DNA from: Girardia tigrina
Lineage: Eukaryota
Length of the DNA: 50,108 nt
Assembly (NCBI GenBank): GCA_001938485.1
Contig: MQRK01238190.1
Location: forward strand, 1-50,108
Reading direction: 5' to 3'
How positions within the stretch are numbered: the first letter of the stretch is position 1; every line of letters begins with the position of its first letter. Made by a program: the position numbers and the translations under genes. Below, piece by piece: positions 1 to 12,814 of this stretch. Under the pieces are notes generated by a model. That model did no database searches, was not told the origin of the DNA, and worked only from the letters and a program-made list of their open reading frames with translations.

Positions 1-49
1 CAAGATCGGAACACAAACCGAGAGGAGTGGGAGATTTATTACTGAACAT

Positions 50-900
50 ATCACGAATTTTATATGATTGGGAAATAATTTTTAGATTCATGGTATTTGA
101 GATCAAACTTTTCAAAATTTATGATTTTAAATGTTTAAAACCCTCTGAATAAGGAATCGATAAGATATACCTTGATTCAAGTGGGTTATAATTTGTATTA
201 GGGGAAATGGTTTGAGGAGTTGTATTATTAAGATTTTTATTATTACTATTTGACTCATTTAATATTTTATCTAAAGTTTGATGAATTAATTTTTCGATAA
301 ATGATTTTGACCATCCATTCTTATTTAATAAACTTGTTAATGAATATAAATTGCCATTATTTTTTAAATTCCTTTTATTTCTTTGTATATGAATTTAAAT
401 ATTGTTTAATAATTTGTCTTTTTTATTGCAAATATATTGTAACATTTATGTTATGATTGTAATTGAAAGAGAAATTGGGTGTAATTTATTCTTCAATTAA
501 CTTTATTGAATAATTAGATAAAGACACGAGAAATATTTATTAGGAACACAATATACACCAGATTGTTAATGAATATAATTAATTTTCAAATCATTCGGCG
601 ACAATAAGTTTTGGCCAAGTCAAAATGAGTGAACCGAAATTATCACATGGAATTTGTTGTAATATGTAATGTGGCAAATAATCAAATGATCCATTGAACT
701 TCATGGGTATAGATTTTAGGAGACATTGAGATTTTGTGTGAATATGTCTGCATGGAGTGGGTAAGGTTCATTAATTAAGGAGGTAAAAGATTTTGATTCT
801 TTTGACATCAAGTCTTTAGTTAAACGTTATTATTAGAAGAATACGTTTTGTGAATGGTGTGGGACCAATGAAGGTTATCAATGGACTTAAAAATCAATAG
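50..900 (+). pseudogene. Heavily decayed papain-family (C1A, cathepsin Z/C-like) protease relic
   Basis: Manual frame-hopping gives motifs in C1A order: YDW (~62-70), LD...C.RGN (~171-212), SFGQV-KM..EI..GICC (~607-660; cf. MMAEIYANGPISCG), LNFMG, ICLHG.G (cf. ISVAGWG) and YY*KNTFCEWCG..EGY (~830-878; cf. YWIVRNSWGE.WG..GY). Many stops and frameshifts. Confidence 0.4.
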
Positions 901-1781
901 AATTGAGTTTTATAGGAACAACTGAGAGAGTCTTTTTACTGTACGAAAACAGATGTTTCTGAAAGGTTACTAACTTTTCAAAATATCAAAGTGGTATATT
1001 TCTTTCTTGTATCTTCATTATTGTGAAGTCGATGAAAGTCTTTTCTCGGGTCATACGATTTATAGAAACAAAAAATAAAAAAAGATTAATGAAAATTTGT
1101 TTAGAATATGTACACAAAGTTTGTCTATTGACCAAAATGCTGTGAATAATACAACAATAAGCTTTAAACGTAACCCATTAATCTGAAATGATCTATGTGA
1201 TTTATTGTGGGAACAATGCAAGTTTCCGATTTTAAATTTTAAAATAAGACAATGTCTTTTTGCAAAGGGAATAATATTAAATATCTTATTTCTCCTATTT
1301 TTACAAAATATTCTTTGATAAATAATAAAAAGAATATTTATTTTAAAAATCTTGGTTTACAAAAATTGTTCAAATAAAGAATCTCTTTGTTTAAAATAAA
1401 AATTATAGTTCAGTAATTGATTTAAAAAATGTATTAAACATTTATAATAAATCAATTAGAAATAAAATAAAAATTTCGCGAGATTTCTAATTGAAAACTT
1501 CTTAAGAGGAAATGAGACATTTAATTAATAAATGAAATTTGTTTATACTTTATTTAAAAATAATTAAAAGAAAAAGGATCAGAAATTTGAAAAATTCAAT
1601 AATAAATTTGTAAATTTGATTTGCATTTTTTAAATAGAAAATAAAATTAACTTTTAATTAAATTTATTTTTGATGCATCGTAATTTTACTTAATTTGTAT
1701 TCTGTTTTAATCAGATTTTCTTTTATAAAATACACAATTAAACCCACTAATTACGATATTAAACCTATATATATATATATA

Positions 1782-2491
1782 CAGCTGTGGACAAAAGTCT
1801 GTTGACTCTCACATTTTAGCACAATATATTTGATAAATTTATGACATTTACAGCAGAATAGTTATAACATTTAAATAATGTAACNNNNNNNNNNNNNNNN
1901 NNNNNNNNNNNNNNNNNNNNNNNNNNNNNNNNNNNNNNNNNNNNNNNNNNNNNNNNNNNNNNNNNNNNNNNNNNNNNNNNNNNNNNNNNNNNNNNNNNNN
2001 NNNNNNNNNNNNNNNNNNNNNNNNNNNNNNNNNNNNNNNNNNNNNNNNNNNNNNNNNNNNNNNNNNNNNNNNNNNNNNNNNNNNNNNNNNNNNNNNNNNN
2101 NNNNNNNNNNNNNNNNNNNNNNNNNNNNNNNNNNNNNNNNNNNNNNNNNNNNNNNNNNNNNNNNNNNNNNNNNNNNNNNNNNNNNNNNNNNNNNNNNNNN
2201 NNNNNNNNNNNNNNNNNNNNNNNNNNNNNNNNNNNNNNNNNNNNNNNNNNNNNNNNNNNNNNNNNNNNNNNNNNNNNNNNNNNNNNNNNNNNNNNNNNNN
2301 NNNNNNNNNNNNNNNNNNNNNNNNNNNNNNNNNNNNNNNNNNNNNNNNNNNNNNNNNNNNNNNNNNNNNNNNNNNNNNNNNNNNNNNNNNNNNNNNNNNN
2401 NNNNNNNNNNNNNNNNNNNNNNNNNNNNNNNNNNNNNNNNNNNNNNNNNNNNNNNNNNNNNNNNNNNNNNNNNNNNNNNNNNNNNNNNNNN
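1782..2491. mobile_element. Tc1-type element terminus inserted in a (TA)n tract; body lost in N run
   Basis: TA|CAGCTGTGGACAAAAGT at 1782 matches the Tc1-family terminal pattern CAG...CAAAAGT. N run 1885-2491, with (TA)n on both sides. Confidence 0.5.
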
Positions 2492-2511
2492 ATATATATA
2501 TATATATATAT

Positions 2512-2925
2512 ATTAACAACATCAATATGAGTTTTGCAACATTTATTAATACCAAAAGTGCATTCACTATTTGACATCTCTCTTGACTAACATATTTCTG
2601 AGTTCAAACTAATTATTTTTAATAAATGAAAATCTGTTAATAAAAAATATTAATTATAAAGAATGTAATTGGTTGAAATTAAATCTAAACATTTTTTAAA
2701 AAAGAACATATTACATTTACATATTAATATTTTAAATTACATTCAAAAATAAATAATACATTCAATTATTATTTTAAATCTTTTTACTTTAAAATTAAAT
2801 TAAATTATTTTTAATTAGTAAGAATCAAAGGAAATATCAATCATCCATTTGTGTAGGAGAGTCACAATCCGAATCAACATACAACGTGCACAATATCAAC
2901 ACAATTCAAAACATTCATCACAATG
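2512..2925 (-). repeat. Copy of a dispersed decayed repeat, inverted relative to 16429-16868
   Basis: The reverse complement of 2818-2925 aligns to 16429-16536. The reverse complement of 2512-2536 (aaaactcatattgatgttgttaata) aligns to 16844-16868. Confidence 0.75.
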
Positions 2926-3109
2926 TATAAATACTGGAAAATGAAACAAAATATTATTTAAAATTTTATAACATAAAATATTTAATATATCAAATATTAA
3001 ATTTCTAAATTTTTGGATTTAAAAACCAAAAAAATAAATAATATTAGACGAAATAATTATTTAATATACTTAATTAATAAAATAGTTAATATAATTTTAT
3101 ACTTATAAG

Positions 3110-3313
3110 GACTTATTTCTTGAGGAAAACGGAAAAAAATTGTCACGAGTTTCTCAGCTGATGATCCGCAGAAATTTTTTTTAAGAAAAATAATTTTTTT
3201 AAAAATTTCTATAAAAAAACCAAGGTCATTTTCGGACTCAGAGCATCAAAATTAGTCTCATTCAGCTGGAATATCTTGGACGATTTACAAAAAAAATTTT
3301 TTGTTACCAAGTG
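3110..3313. mobile_element. Probable Chapaev3 (CMC superfamily) terminal fragment
   Basis: Ends ...ttttttgttaccaagtg|tta (reverse complement CACTTGGTAACAA, with a TWA flank). Subterminal gtcattttcggactcagagcatcaaaatt resembles Chapaev3 ends. The other end was not found; left boundary approximate. Confidence 0.4.
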
Positions 3314-3373
3314 TTATTAGTTTCATGAATGTTTGAAGTCATTGATAAGAATAGCAATTACGAAAAACATTAA

Positions 3374-3900
3374 CCTTCATTCGTCCCTCACTGTACACTA
3401 AAGTCTCGGGTCTTTTTCGACCCAGGTAGAAATTTTTGACTTAAAAGAAACAAAATGCAAATAATTAAATTAATTTTATTAGTAACGGTAATGATGACTG
3501 TTTATGAATAATAAAGAGCGATTTATGTGTTAATTATTTATTTATTACATTTATGACATACATTATAGGAATGAGACTTACAAATAAATCTTTTACAATA
3601 TTTACATTCTAAAGCATGTTTATTGTCCGATTTTTGGCAAATGTGACGTCTACCTCTTTTTGTCCAGGTGTTCTTGCTGTTGGTACTTCTAAAGGAGATG
3701 TAGTTGTGCATTTTTGGTCTAATATAAATTGTTGGCAATTAACCGCTCATGGCAAATGAGTCCGTCTCATCATGTGTTCCTTTATCAATAAATCACCCAC
3801 AGTTTCAAGGAAAATTCGCCTTCGATATTTTTTTTATATTCCAATCTGGACAAACACATATAAATAAAATAATTTTTTATGCATAATTCAAACAGATTTC
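3374..3900 (-). mobile_element. piggyBac 3' end with decayed transposase C-terminus
   Basis: TTAA at 3370-3373 followed by CCTT, then the subterminal palindrome cgggtctttttcgaccc. The minus strand encodes PDWN...RRRIFLETVGDLLIKEH and the Cys-rich tail RGRRHIC..SDNKH..ECKYCKRFICKSHS..VCHKC (ORF 3538-3738). Confidence 0.75.
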
Positions 3901-5225
3901 CCAATCTTTTCTACAATAATCAATTCGTCATTTCTGTAATTTAAATAAGTTTATAATATAAAATATTTATTTTTATTTTTAATTTTTAACTATTATAATC
4001 CTCGTTTAATTTTAAATCGTTACAAAATTATTTAAAATATTTCATTCAACTAAAATTTTTATCGACAAAATAAAAACTGGTTCAGTTGAGAGAACAACTG
4101 TTATCTCAGATCTTCATTTAGTCAGACATTACAGTCGAATTGAATCGACTGTTTTTGGTTTGATGTGAAGGCTAAGATTGAGTGGATTGTATTGATTGTG
4201 AAAAGTTGATAAGCTTTTGGTTAGCAATAAATCTGTATCTTTCTCATGTCTCCGTTACTTTGTAAAGTACGGAACGACAGAGTATATTGAAAATTATATT
4301 GATTATGTTTAGTGTATTTTTGTATAGTTTTTAAGAAAAAAAATAAATTCATTTTAATCCAATGATTTTATAGTAAAATATTTTAAAATTATTATAGTCT
4401 CGTAAAATGTGTTAATTTAATACATAGTGGGAATTGCCTGATGATGAAATTGTTATGTTGAAACGTGTTGATTTCTTTTTATTCTTTGTATGTATATAAC
4501 CGCTGTTTTGAAGATGTGTTGGAAACTTAATTTTTGGATAAAAATTGTGTTTGACGAAAGTGTTTCTAAACATTAATCAATTACGAGTCTCGTATATAAA
4601 GTCATAATTTTAGATGACTCTCGCCCATCGTTTTACAAACTCTGATTCTAATTCTACTAAAGCAAGTTGCAAAAAGTTCAGGTTTGTCTAAAAATTAAGT
4701 TTAATAAAAACTAGTTAAACAGTGGTTATTTATTCTTCAACCTTAAACATATAAATAAATAATGGCAAAGATTATGAAAATTTCCTGTTTCCTTTTCTAA
4801 AGAGAATTAATATAATTAAAAATGCTTTTTAAAGCTTTTTACAAATAGTTAAATTTATATTTCTTTTAATAAATAAAATTTATTTTAAAATTGCTTTTAT
4901 ACTTAAATACAAAAAAAATAAAATATTATTTATAAAGGATTTGTTTTAATAAAACATTAAATAATAATTTAATAATATTATGCGTTTGTTTAAAGACAAT
5001 CAAATTTATTAAACGGAGGAAAATTTTTTTGAGTAATTCTTGATTCTTTAATGCCACATTTTATTTCCGATATTTTGGATAATTAGTTTTGTTTATTTGA
5101 TTGTTAATAATTCAAACAAAATTTGAATTAAACAAAAAAATATTTAAAATAAAAACAATTTTCCTTCTTCGTAAAATTTTTGTACAAATTATCAACTCAA
5201 GCAACAGAAGAGTTTGTTTCAATAA

Positions 5226-5355
5226 ACAATCTTTTACAAAAATAATATAGAATTATATTCCAGAATTTTATTAAAATATTTTTTTAATATTATTTTATTT
5301 TGTTTATATAAATTTCAAAAGCGAAAAAAGAAGAAAAATAAGATTCAATCTATCA
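5226..5355 (+). repeat. Direct repeat, copy 1 (copy 2 at 7547-7675)
   Basis: acaatcttttacaaaaataat...ccagaattttattaaaatatt...aagattcaatctatca is present at both positions with scattered substitutions. Confidence 0.9.
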
Positions 5356-5507
5356 AAATGACAATATTGTTTTAATAATAAATAAATAATTTTGAAAATT
5401 TTATGTAGAAAATGAATTTTATTTTTATTTTTAAAAAATTATGATATTATTAAAAAAATGAAGTAATTTAAATTAAAAATATTAATTAAAATAATTTATG
5501 TTCAGTT

Positions 5508-5762
5508 TCTTTTTATTTCTTCTATGTCGGTTCTTCCTATCATTTTGAAGCAGAATTCGCAAAGCGTTGAATTGTTTACCCACAAATCGAGAATTTGAGC
5601 TGCGTTAAGACCGTCAGAAACAGTTTAGTTTTGTCCTTCTTTATAAATCGTCATTATAATAGTAATTCTGTTCAGTACGAGAGGAACCAAAGATTCATAT
5701 CACTTTTAAATTTGCTTAATCGAAAGATCAATTGCACAAATCTACCATCCGAAGTCTGAATC
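5508..5762 (+). rRNA. Degenerate eukaryotic LSU (28S) rRNA fragment, end of domain V to domain VI (pseudogene)
   Basis: atgtcggttcttcctatcatt..gaagcagaattc..aagcgttg.attgtt.accc, then gagctg.gtt.agaccgtc, the sarcin-ricin loop AGTACGAGAGGAAC at 5674-5687, and ctaccatcc. Substitutions at normally invariant positions plus a deletion indicate a non-functional copy. Confidence 0.9.
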
Positions 5763-6888
5763 TTGAATAGGAGTAATGATAATTCCATGATCTTCGTAAA
5801 GGGGAAACATTATTATTTATTAAGGCAATTTAATGATTGTTGTAAAAACAACAACTTCAACAAATTTACTGATACGAAATGAATTCGTTGTTTTTACTAT
5901 AAATGAAATACTCAGACTGTGAGTAAACTAGGCTAACCAAGATAAGGAGTTTGGTGAGCCTAGTTGTATATTGGTATAACCAAAACTGCAGATAAAAATA
6001 AAACTGAAAATTTGTTAATCAAACACTTTTAATGTAATAACAACAACGATGGGTTGAACGAGATATAGATACCGTTAGTCTGTAGTTAGTAAGTTAGTTT
6101 TCAAATTGGCAATTGGTAAAACTTGACGATAATCAGGAATAAGTAACGGTTGAAGAATTGTACTTGACAATATTTGGTCAATTCTGGTAATTCGGAATCC
6201 GAGATATTATTATAAATCGTCGGTAAGTAATTTGATCAGAAATTTTAATTTCTGATTGATTTTTTCATCCATATTTCTATGGGTTTTATTTTTGAAAATT
6301 ATAATTATCCTGTTATATTAGTATTATATTATTATCATATAATTATTCTGTTGAATTATTCAGTTTCCTTTCTTTTTTTTAAAAAAAACTAACTTTAATT
6401 CCTAACAGCGGAAGGATTAATTTTGAAAGCGATTTGTCCTGGAATAAATACAACTGACGGGGATTGTTCACCACACAATAAATAAAATAATTACTTGACT
6501 ACATCAGATACAATACAACATTGTAACAAAAAATAAATAATCAGACGCTAATTGAAATCGAGAACGAAACATACATATCCAAATGGTCAAATATCGTTAA
6601 AATCATTTTTTTATAAAAAAATCACAGGATCACAAGCATATCATACACACACAAACACAAAGATAAAAAAAATTGAGGAATCTCATACAAGAATAAATAA
6701 GAAATAAAAAAAATATGATCATGTACAATCAGAAAAAAAATAAAGGAAGAGAAAAACACACACAGTCCGTTCGTTTATGTGAAGTATCAGGCTATTACAT
6801 TTGTGACTAAGCCATAAATTTAAACTCTAACCATTCTATGAAAATATTTTGGATGTTTGAATCATATTATATGACTTACGCGTTGCCA

Positions 6889-6995
6889 TTAAATCGTTTG
6901 CAGATGATTTACATTACTTTGGTGGAAGCTTACGAATTCGAGTGGTTTAAAATGTGAGTTTTTGAACTTCAACCCCATAAGAAGCGATGATTTGT
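6889..6995 (+). rRNA. Probable extreme 3' end of the 28S rRNA relic
   Basis: aaatcgtttgcagatgattta...gagtgg...tgaacttcaacc...GATTTGT parallels the canonical 3' ~100 nt (aaatcatttgta.acgactta...gagtag...tgagattaagcc...gatttgt) in order and spacing. Confidence 0.55.
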
Positions 6996-7546
6996 TTCTG
7001 TTTCTACGAAAAAATTTAAAATTTTTAAATGAAGATCAAAATAAACAGGACACAGTTTGTTTATCCTTATATTTTTTTACTGATTTTGTATTAAACTTTG
7101 GAACGAGTGTCTCTCTTTTCTTTTCATACAATTCATACTAAATTTTTAATAATTTATATTAAAAAAGGAATCTCATTTCAATTTATTAAACATGGCAAAG
7201 ACAATGGAAATATTGTTTAAATTATTTTAAAAATACTGTATAACAATAAAAACCGTGTTTTCATTTGAACTGAAAAGATTTAAATAGAATAAATATAAAT
7301 AAATTTTCTCTAATAAAAGACAAAAACAGGAATACATTTGCTCATAATTAAAAACGTGGGGTACGTGTTGAATAAATCACTCCAGGGCAATATATAAACG
7401 TTTGAGGTTGATATGATAATCATGACATATATGTACATTTTTAAAAGTCTCCCCTACTTCGACAATAGCGCCTTCATCAATTGAACGTCGAAGGATGTAA
7501 CCTAATATTTAAGTCACATCAAATACATCAACAAAAAATGTAGCGT

Positions 7547-7675
7547 AACAATCTTTTACAAAAATAATAAAGAATTATTTTCCAGAATTTTATTAAAATA
7601 TTTTTTAATATTGTTTTATTTTATTAATAAAAAATTCAAAAGCAAAAAAGAAAATAAATAAGATTCAATCTATCA
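7547..7675 (+). repeat. Direct repeat, copy 2 (copy 1 at 5226-5355)
   Basis: Direct alignment to 5226-5355. Confidence 0.9.
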
Positions 7676-9249
7676 TATGTATTTGAAAGGCATCCCTTAT
7701 TTTTGGTTATAAACAAATGAATTACTAATGTTTTCCTTTATATGAGAAAATTTATTTAAATGCATTTTATTTTATTCTTTTTAGTATGAATAAAAACGTG
7801 TTTTAAAAAATATATTTGTATGTTATTTATTGTATATCCCAGTCCCATTGAAACTGGGATTTCATTATCCATAGGACTGGGCGGATTTCTGGAGTTAGTA
7901 TCTGAATCTATCACAATTGTCGATTCTTTGTTGATATTTCGAGTCTTTAAACTCAAATTATTTGTCGATCGAGTCATTTAGGGTGAGAAAATGCCCAGTT
8001 AATAATAATTTAAATATGTGTTCTTGTGCTGTGCAAAAGTGGAATCATTGTGTAATACTAAACCATTCTGTCCTACTCAAAACTTTTTGACTGATTAATT
8101 AAGTTTCCATTTGCTGATTTGTAGTGTCTGGTTTTTGGAACGGCGTTTCAACTCTCTTTACTACTAAAATGTTATATTTTACGGAACATTTAAACATTCC
8201 GAACCCAGATAATAAAACTTTTTGAAAAATACTTGTGACAGAGATTTAATCAAATAAATTATAATGAGAAAGGGATAAAGAATGTATTTATTACGAAAGG
8301 ATGTCAGTAGTGTTAATTTTCGACACCTGTCAATTTTTATCTTACAACATAATTTTAGTTTTTTTATTTATATCTTTTTACACTCTGGTATTTTTGTACT
8401 ACAATGTATTAGTTACGTTTCGTGATCATTTTTTTAGTTAAGTTTTATTAATTCACATGCGATTTCTGTCATTTAAAGATTTTTATATGGAAATTTCCTG
8501 TCAATTGAATCAGAAGTATGACAACAAAAGAAGATAAAGAATAAAAGTTAAAGAAATCAGAAAAGAAGACAAATGATTTTTTTATATTATTAGTTATAGA
8601 AAGAAAAAAGAAAGAAAAAAAAGAAAAGGAATCAAATTACTTTTTATTACCGTTGCAAATGGTAATAATAATTATCACGTTAATAATTTTGAATTTAAAA
8701 TCGATAATAGATAAGTCGATTTAGTCATAAATAACATTATGACTATAAACTGACGTTCATTATACAAGCTGAAGAAATTAACTGACATTGACTGAATTCA
8801 TTTATTGCTGAAACAGTTCTTATCATTTTTATCATTAGTGTCAACACCGAAATATTCACGATTTCGATTCACTACCGATTGTATATTTGACGATTAACCT
8901 TTATAATTACGAGTGGTAATTATTTAAATTGTGTTTCAGTGTTATTTCTGTTAATAAAAAGTTTTGTTAACAATTTTGATTATTTTTTGGAGTTATTTCT
9001 TTTTTTGGTAAAGTTACCAAACTTACCACCTAATAGCTTTAATATTCGGTCAGTTTAGTACGTTAGTTCTTTTTATGTATCATAACTAATTTATCTGATA
9101 AAACCTCCAATTTATTTTTTTGTTTCGTTCAGAGGATAACTTGGGAGTTTTAAAGATACCTACAATTCATTAAATTATAACAAATATTAAAAATAAGAAT
9201 TTTAATTTAATTGCTTTATCTATAATTTATAAATAAAGGATAATTAGAA

Positions 9250-10450
9250 AGTAAATGCGAATTGGTTTTTGGACAAAAAACGACAAAAAACACCACAGTT
9301 TTTTTGAGGAAAAATATAGAGAGGGTATGATCAAAGGGCTTGTTTACAGAGTTAGGATTTTGTCGTCCAGTTTTGAAATTGCAAATCAGGGTTTAATATT
9401 CTTAGAAGGCGCTTAAGGGACAATATGTATACAAATAAGCAAATAGAACACAACATTAGGGTACAATTAAACAAATTATGTACAGATGCACGAGCTAAAA
9501 AACAATTAAAAGAAGAAAATACTGAAGAATACAAACAAATCATTAAAAAAATTTTATGAGAGAAGCTTTGTTAAAATAAAACGAAGAAATTAGTCGTAAA
9601 AAAACAAAATTAATGATAAATAAAAAGTTTGCACAGTACCACGAATACCATGCCATTGTCACCACGGGTAAGTCTTTTGGGCATCATGGACAGTGACCAT
9701 TATTAAACCATACTTTCAGAGAAAGTTTCTGATGTATTTAAAGAAATTATAAAATAAAAAGATTCTCTCTTTATTTCTCTTGTAGTATATGGAGTACAGA
9801 ACAATCGAAAACCTTGAATTATGATTTGAAACTCATTATTCGGATTAGTTAGTCAGACATTTGTTTAAAGATGTCATAAATAAATCATTTAATTATAAAA
9901 ATTATTTTATTAATTTGATAAAAATACAGTTGATTCAATCCATTTAAAATAAAAAAATGACAATGATAACATACTAAACAAAGAAAATAATGTTATAAAA
10001 ATTATAAATATTAAATTATCATTTCTTGAAGGCACGACCGACTTTAAAAAAAGTTTAGTGAAAAGTATCCTTTCGGGTTTTACCTTGTGGGAGATATTGA
10101 AATGAATAAACTGTGAAGGTTCTTCTTAATTAAATTTATGATTTCATTTGGTGTCCAAGGTTCCTTATTCTTGTATATCGAAAATGAAAAAAGTGAAATA
10201 AGGTTAGCTATGAAACAAAATTAGCAGTTTTAGCGAAAGCCTTGACATTTATCATGAGAGTACAGTCACTGAAGCCTTGTTAATAAAGTATTTATAAACA
10301 CTTTTTAATGATCAGAGTTAACATTGCAATCATATAAAATCTTTTATAAAATAGTCAATTTACGATGTAAATTAGTTGTTAATGGAAATTTACACACAAC
10401 TGAAGAGCCACCAATGGTGAAACATGTTACCTTCTCAAAATTAAAGTTAT
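9250..10450 (+). mobile_element. Decayed Penelope-like retroelement 3' portion
   Basis: 9310-9480 reads KYREGMIKGLVYRVRILSSSFEIA / FNILRRRLRDNMYTNKQIEHNI, the PLE post-RT thumb pattern K.G.IK.L..RA..I.S...L..N.Y...I. 10271-10318 reads EALLIKYL*TLFNDQ (GIY-YIG C-terminal motif E.LLI...P.LN.Q). A hammerhead-like core follows. The middle is unrecognisable. Confidence 0.55.
10400..10428 (+). ncRNA. Minimal hammerhead-ribozyme-like motif (probably degenerate)
   Basis: CTGAAGA, stem II GCCA-ccaa-TGGT, GAAA, palindromic ACATGT and a GTT triplet. It lies just 3' of the PLE endonuclease remnant, where PLE pseudo-LTR hammerheads occur. Helix I pairing is not evident. Confidence 0.5.
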
Positions 10451-10930
10451 TAAAATGATATCTTTATGTTTTGTTTGATTTTATGGATTAATGGAAGTTA
10501 TGTATATATATGTACATATTTAAATGTTAATTGGACAGAAGAAGCTTAAAGAAAACTATAGGAAATCTTTTTTTAAGGTTTAAGGAACCACAAAATGTAT
10601 GTTATTGTTAAATTAAATGTTATTGTTGTTATTTAAGGAATGAAACATTTTAAACATAAAAAATAAAACGTTTTTGATTTTAACTTCTCCTTGAATAATT
10701 ATTTTATCAGAAAGATTGCTTAACAAAGATAAATTTTCAGCATTGTCAATTGATGATTAATGTTACGGAGAAAAGGGGAATCTTTCACGCAATCTTTAAC
10801 CTCACTCCCGCATTTATTTGGAAGTGTTGATAAAATATAATTTTTATTAATGCTATTATTATTCTTGTAATTTTTTTATTAGTATTACTTTTCTTAATCA
10901 TCTGAAAATATTATACAAAGATTAAATAAT

Positions 10931-10933
<3 letters not shown>

Positions 10934-10977
<44 letters not shown>
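10934..10977. repeat. (TA)n microsatellite
   Basis: Perfect AT dinucleotide run. Shorter runs at about 1766-1781, 2492-2513, 11696-11714 and 12657-12677. Confidence 0.95.
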
Positions 10978-10981
<4 letters not shown>

Positions 10982-11062
10982 GTGTATTATCAGTAGTCTT
11001 ATCGAAAGATTACCAACAATACACATTATTTAAAATATATAAATATACATATTATAAATATA

Positions 11063-11199
11063 CACTCAAAGCTGTTTTTATGCGACTTTTTATTTGTACG
11101 ATCTCATAATTTAATATTTTATGTATGAGATTGCACAAAGAAATTTGCACAAATAAAAAATGGTATAACAAAAAGACCGCGTAAAAACAGGTTCGAGCG
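11063..11199. mobile_element. 137-bp pogo/Tigger-type MITE
   Basis: Imperfect ~28-bp TIRs: CACTCAAAGCTGTTTTTATGCGACTTTT versus reverse complement CGCTCGAACCTGTTTTTACGCGGTCTTTT. TA at 11061-62 and 11200-01. Confidence 0.75.
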
Positions 11200-12814
11200 T
11201 AGGTTATATAAAAAGGAAACATGATTCAGTAACGTTCTTCAACGATGAAAATTTTTTTTTGAAATATTCAACACAGATTTTATGTTTGGTTCGATGTAAA
11301 TAAAATCAGTTTTTCTTCGATTGTCTGTAGTGGTGCAAAGATTGATTGATATTTGTATAACCGCTACAAAACTGATTATTGACATTAGTATTTGAGAAAT
11401 GATTATAATAAGAAATTTAACGACACAAACAACCATTTAATAATAAGATTTATGATTTTAATTTATTTCAATTGTTTATTATAAATAAATAAATCTTTGA
11501 GTGACGTAACTGTAATAATGATTAGTGTTTCTTCGAACATGCGTTCCAAGCTAATCGATTTTCTAGGTGATTGTATACTATAGAACACTTTATCGTACTG
11601 GAAAGTTAAGAGGAAACATGTAATAGTCAGTGTAGACATTCAAACGTTCCTGCTCCTGTGCAGAAAACCTTCTGTTTTCTTAAATAGGAGATTGTTTATA
11701 TATATATATATATATTGTAAAATCCCCACAGTGTTCTGCTTATCCAAAGAAAACATTTGTCATTTATTATTCTTGTGTTAACTGTAATGGGTGGTTGATG
11801 AATTTGGAACACTACTTATTTATTTACACGTATGCTTTATGTCTTAACCTCTTTATACCTTGTATGAGTTATATTCCGAATTAATGTTTTTTTTTATTAT
11901 CAACTATTTTTGGTTAATAATGGGTGATGTAATGGCAAGTTGGAATTATGTGATCTCTAATATTTTAATACTTATCCAATTTTCTTTTAATTCAAGCGAA
12001 TCAAATAAAAAATCAAGTACGACAACCTCCGATTAAGAATAATTATCATAACCTCAATATTTTTACTCATAAAGAAAAGAAAACTGAACTGCAACACCAT
12101 CCTTAATCCAATGAGATCAGTCAATTTAATCTAATCTACTATAGAGAAAGAAAAGTGAAATTGAGTCTATTATAAAAAAAATAAATTGAATCAAAAAAAA
12201 ATTTCATCTGCCAAATATAAATAAATATTACTAATAGTAATAAAAAAAATTCAAATGCAAAATTGAAAATTAAAAAAAAATCATTAAATAAATCGAAATA
12301 ATAATTTACTGACAGAAATAAAAACGAAGATATTGTTTGTCAATCCAGGAAAACTGACTGATTACAATACAAAAGAAAAGGAATGATAATGATCGTCTAG
12401 AGCTTTTGACAATTCGAGATCTTTTAATTTTGAGAATCGTCGACATATTCGTATCGTAACAGTTGCATTTATCTGGTTATTTTTGTTATTATTTAATTCA
12501 GACAATATAGTTATTTTTGAGAAGTTTATTTATTAAAAATTTTTTTCTAAATCACTATGTTGAGCTAACCAACGTTTTGGGTCAATTTAGTAATTTTTTT
12601 TAACATATAGAATAATTCACACACCCCTTAGTCATACGGATAGGTGAATTATTCCATATATATATATATATATATATTAAATTTGCAAATGAAATTTAAT
12701 TATATTTAATTATTATCGAAAATGTTTATTTTCCATCTTCCATAAGTTTCTGACCTCGCTTTTGTTTATTCTTTCTCAAGTAATTTTTGTAGACAATTTA
12801 CTTCTCTCTTCGGC

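Noticed and set aside
1816-2577. Long ORFs of 253 and 239 aa (likewise 19341-19834, 35241-35505, 44917-45183)
   Set aside because: They are open only because they run through N tracts.
7250-7980. Exon-like minus-strand segments (GYILRRSIDEGAIVEV...; ORF 7756-7977)
   Set aside because: No recognisable family and no supportable gene model.
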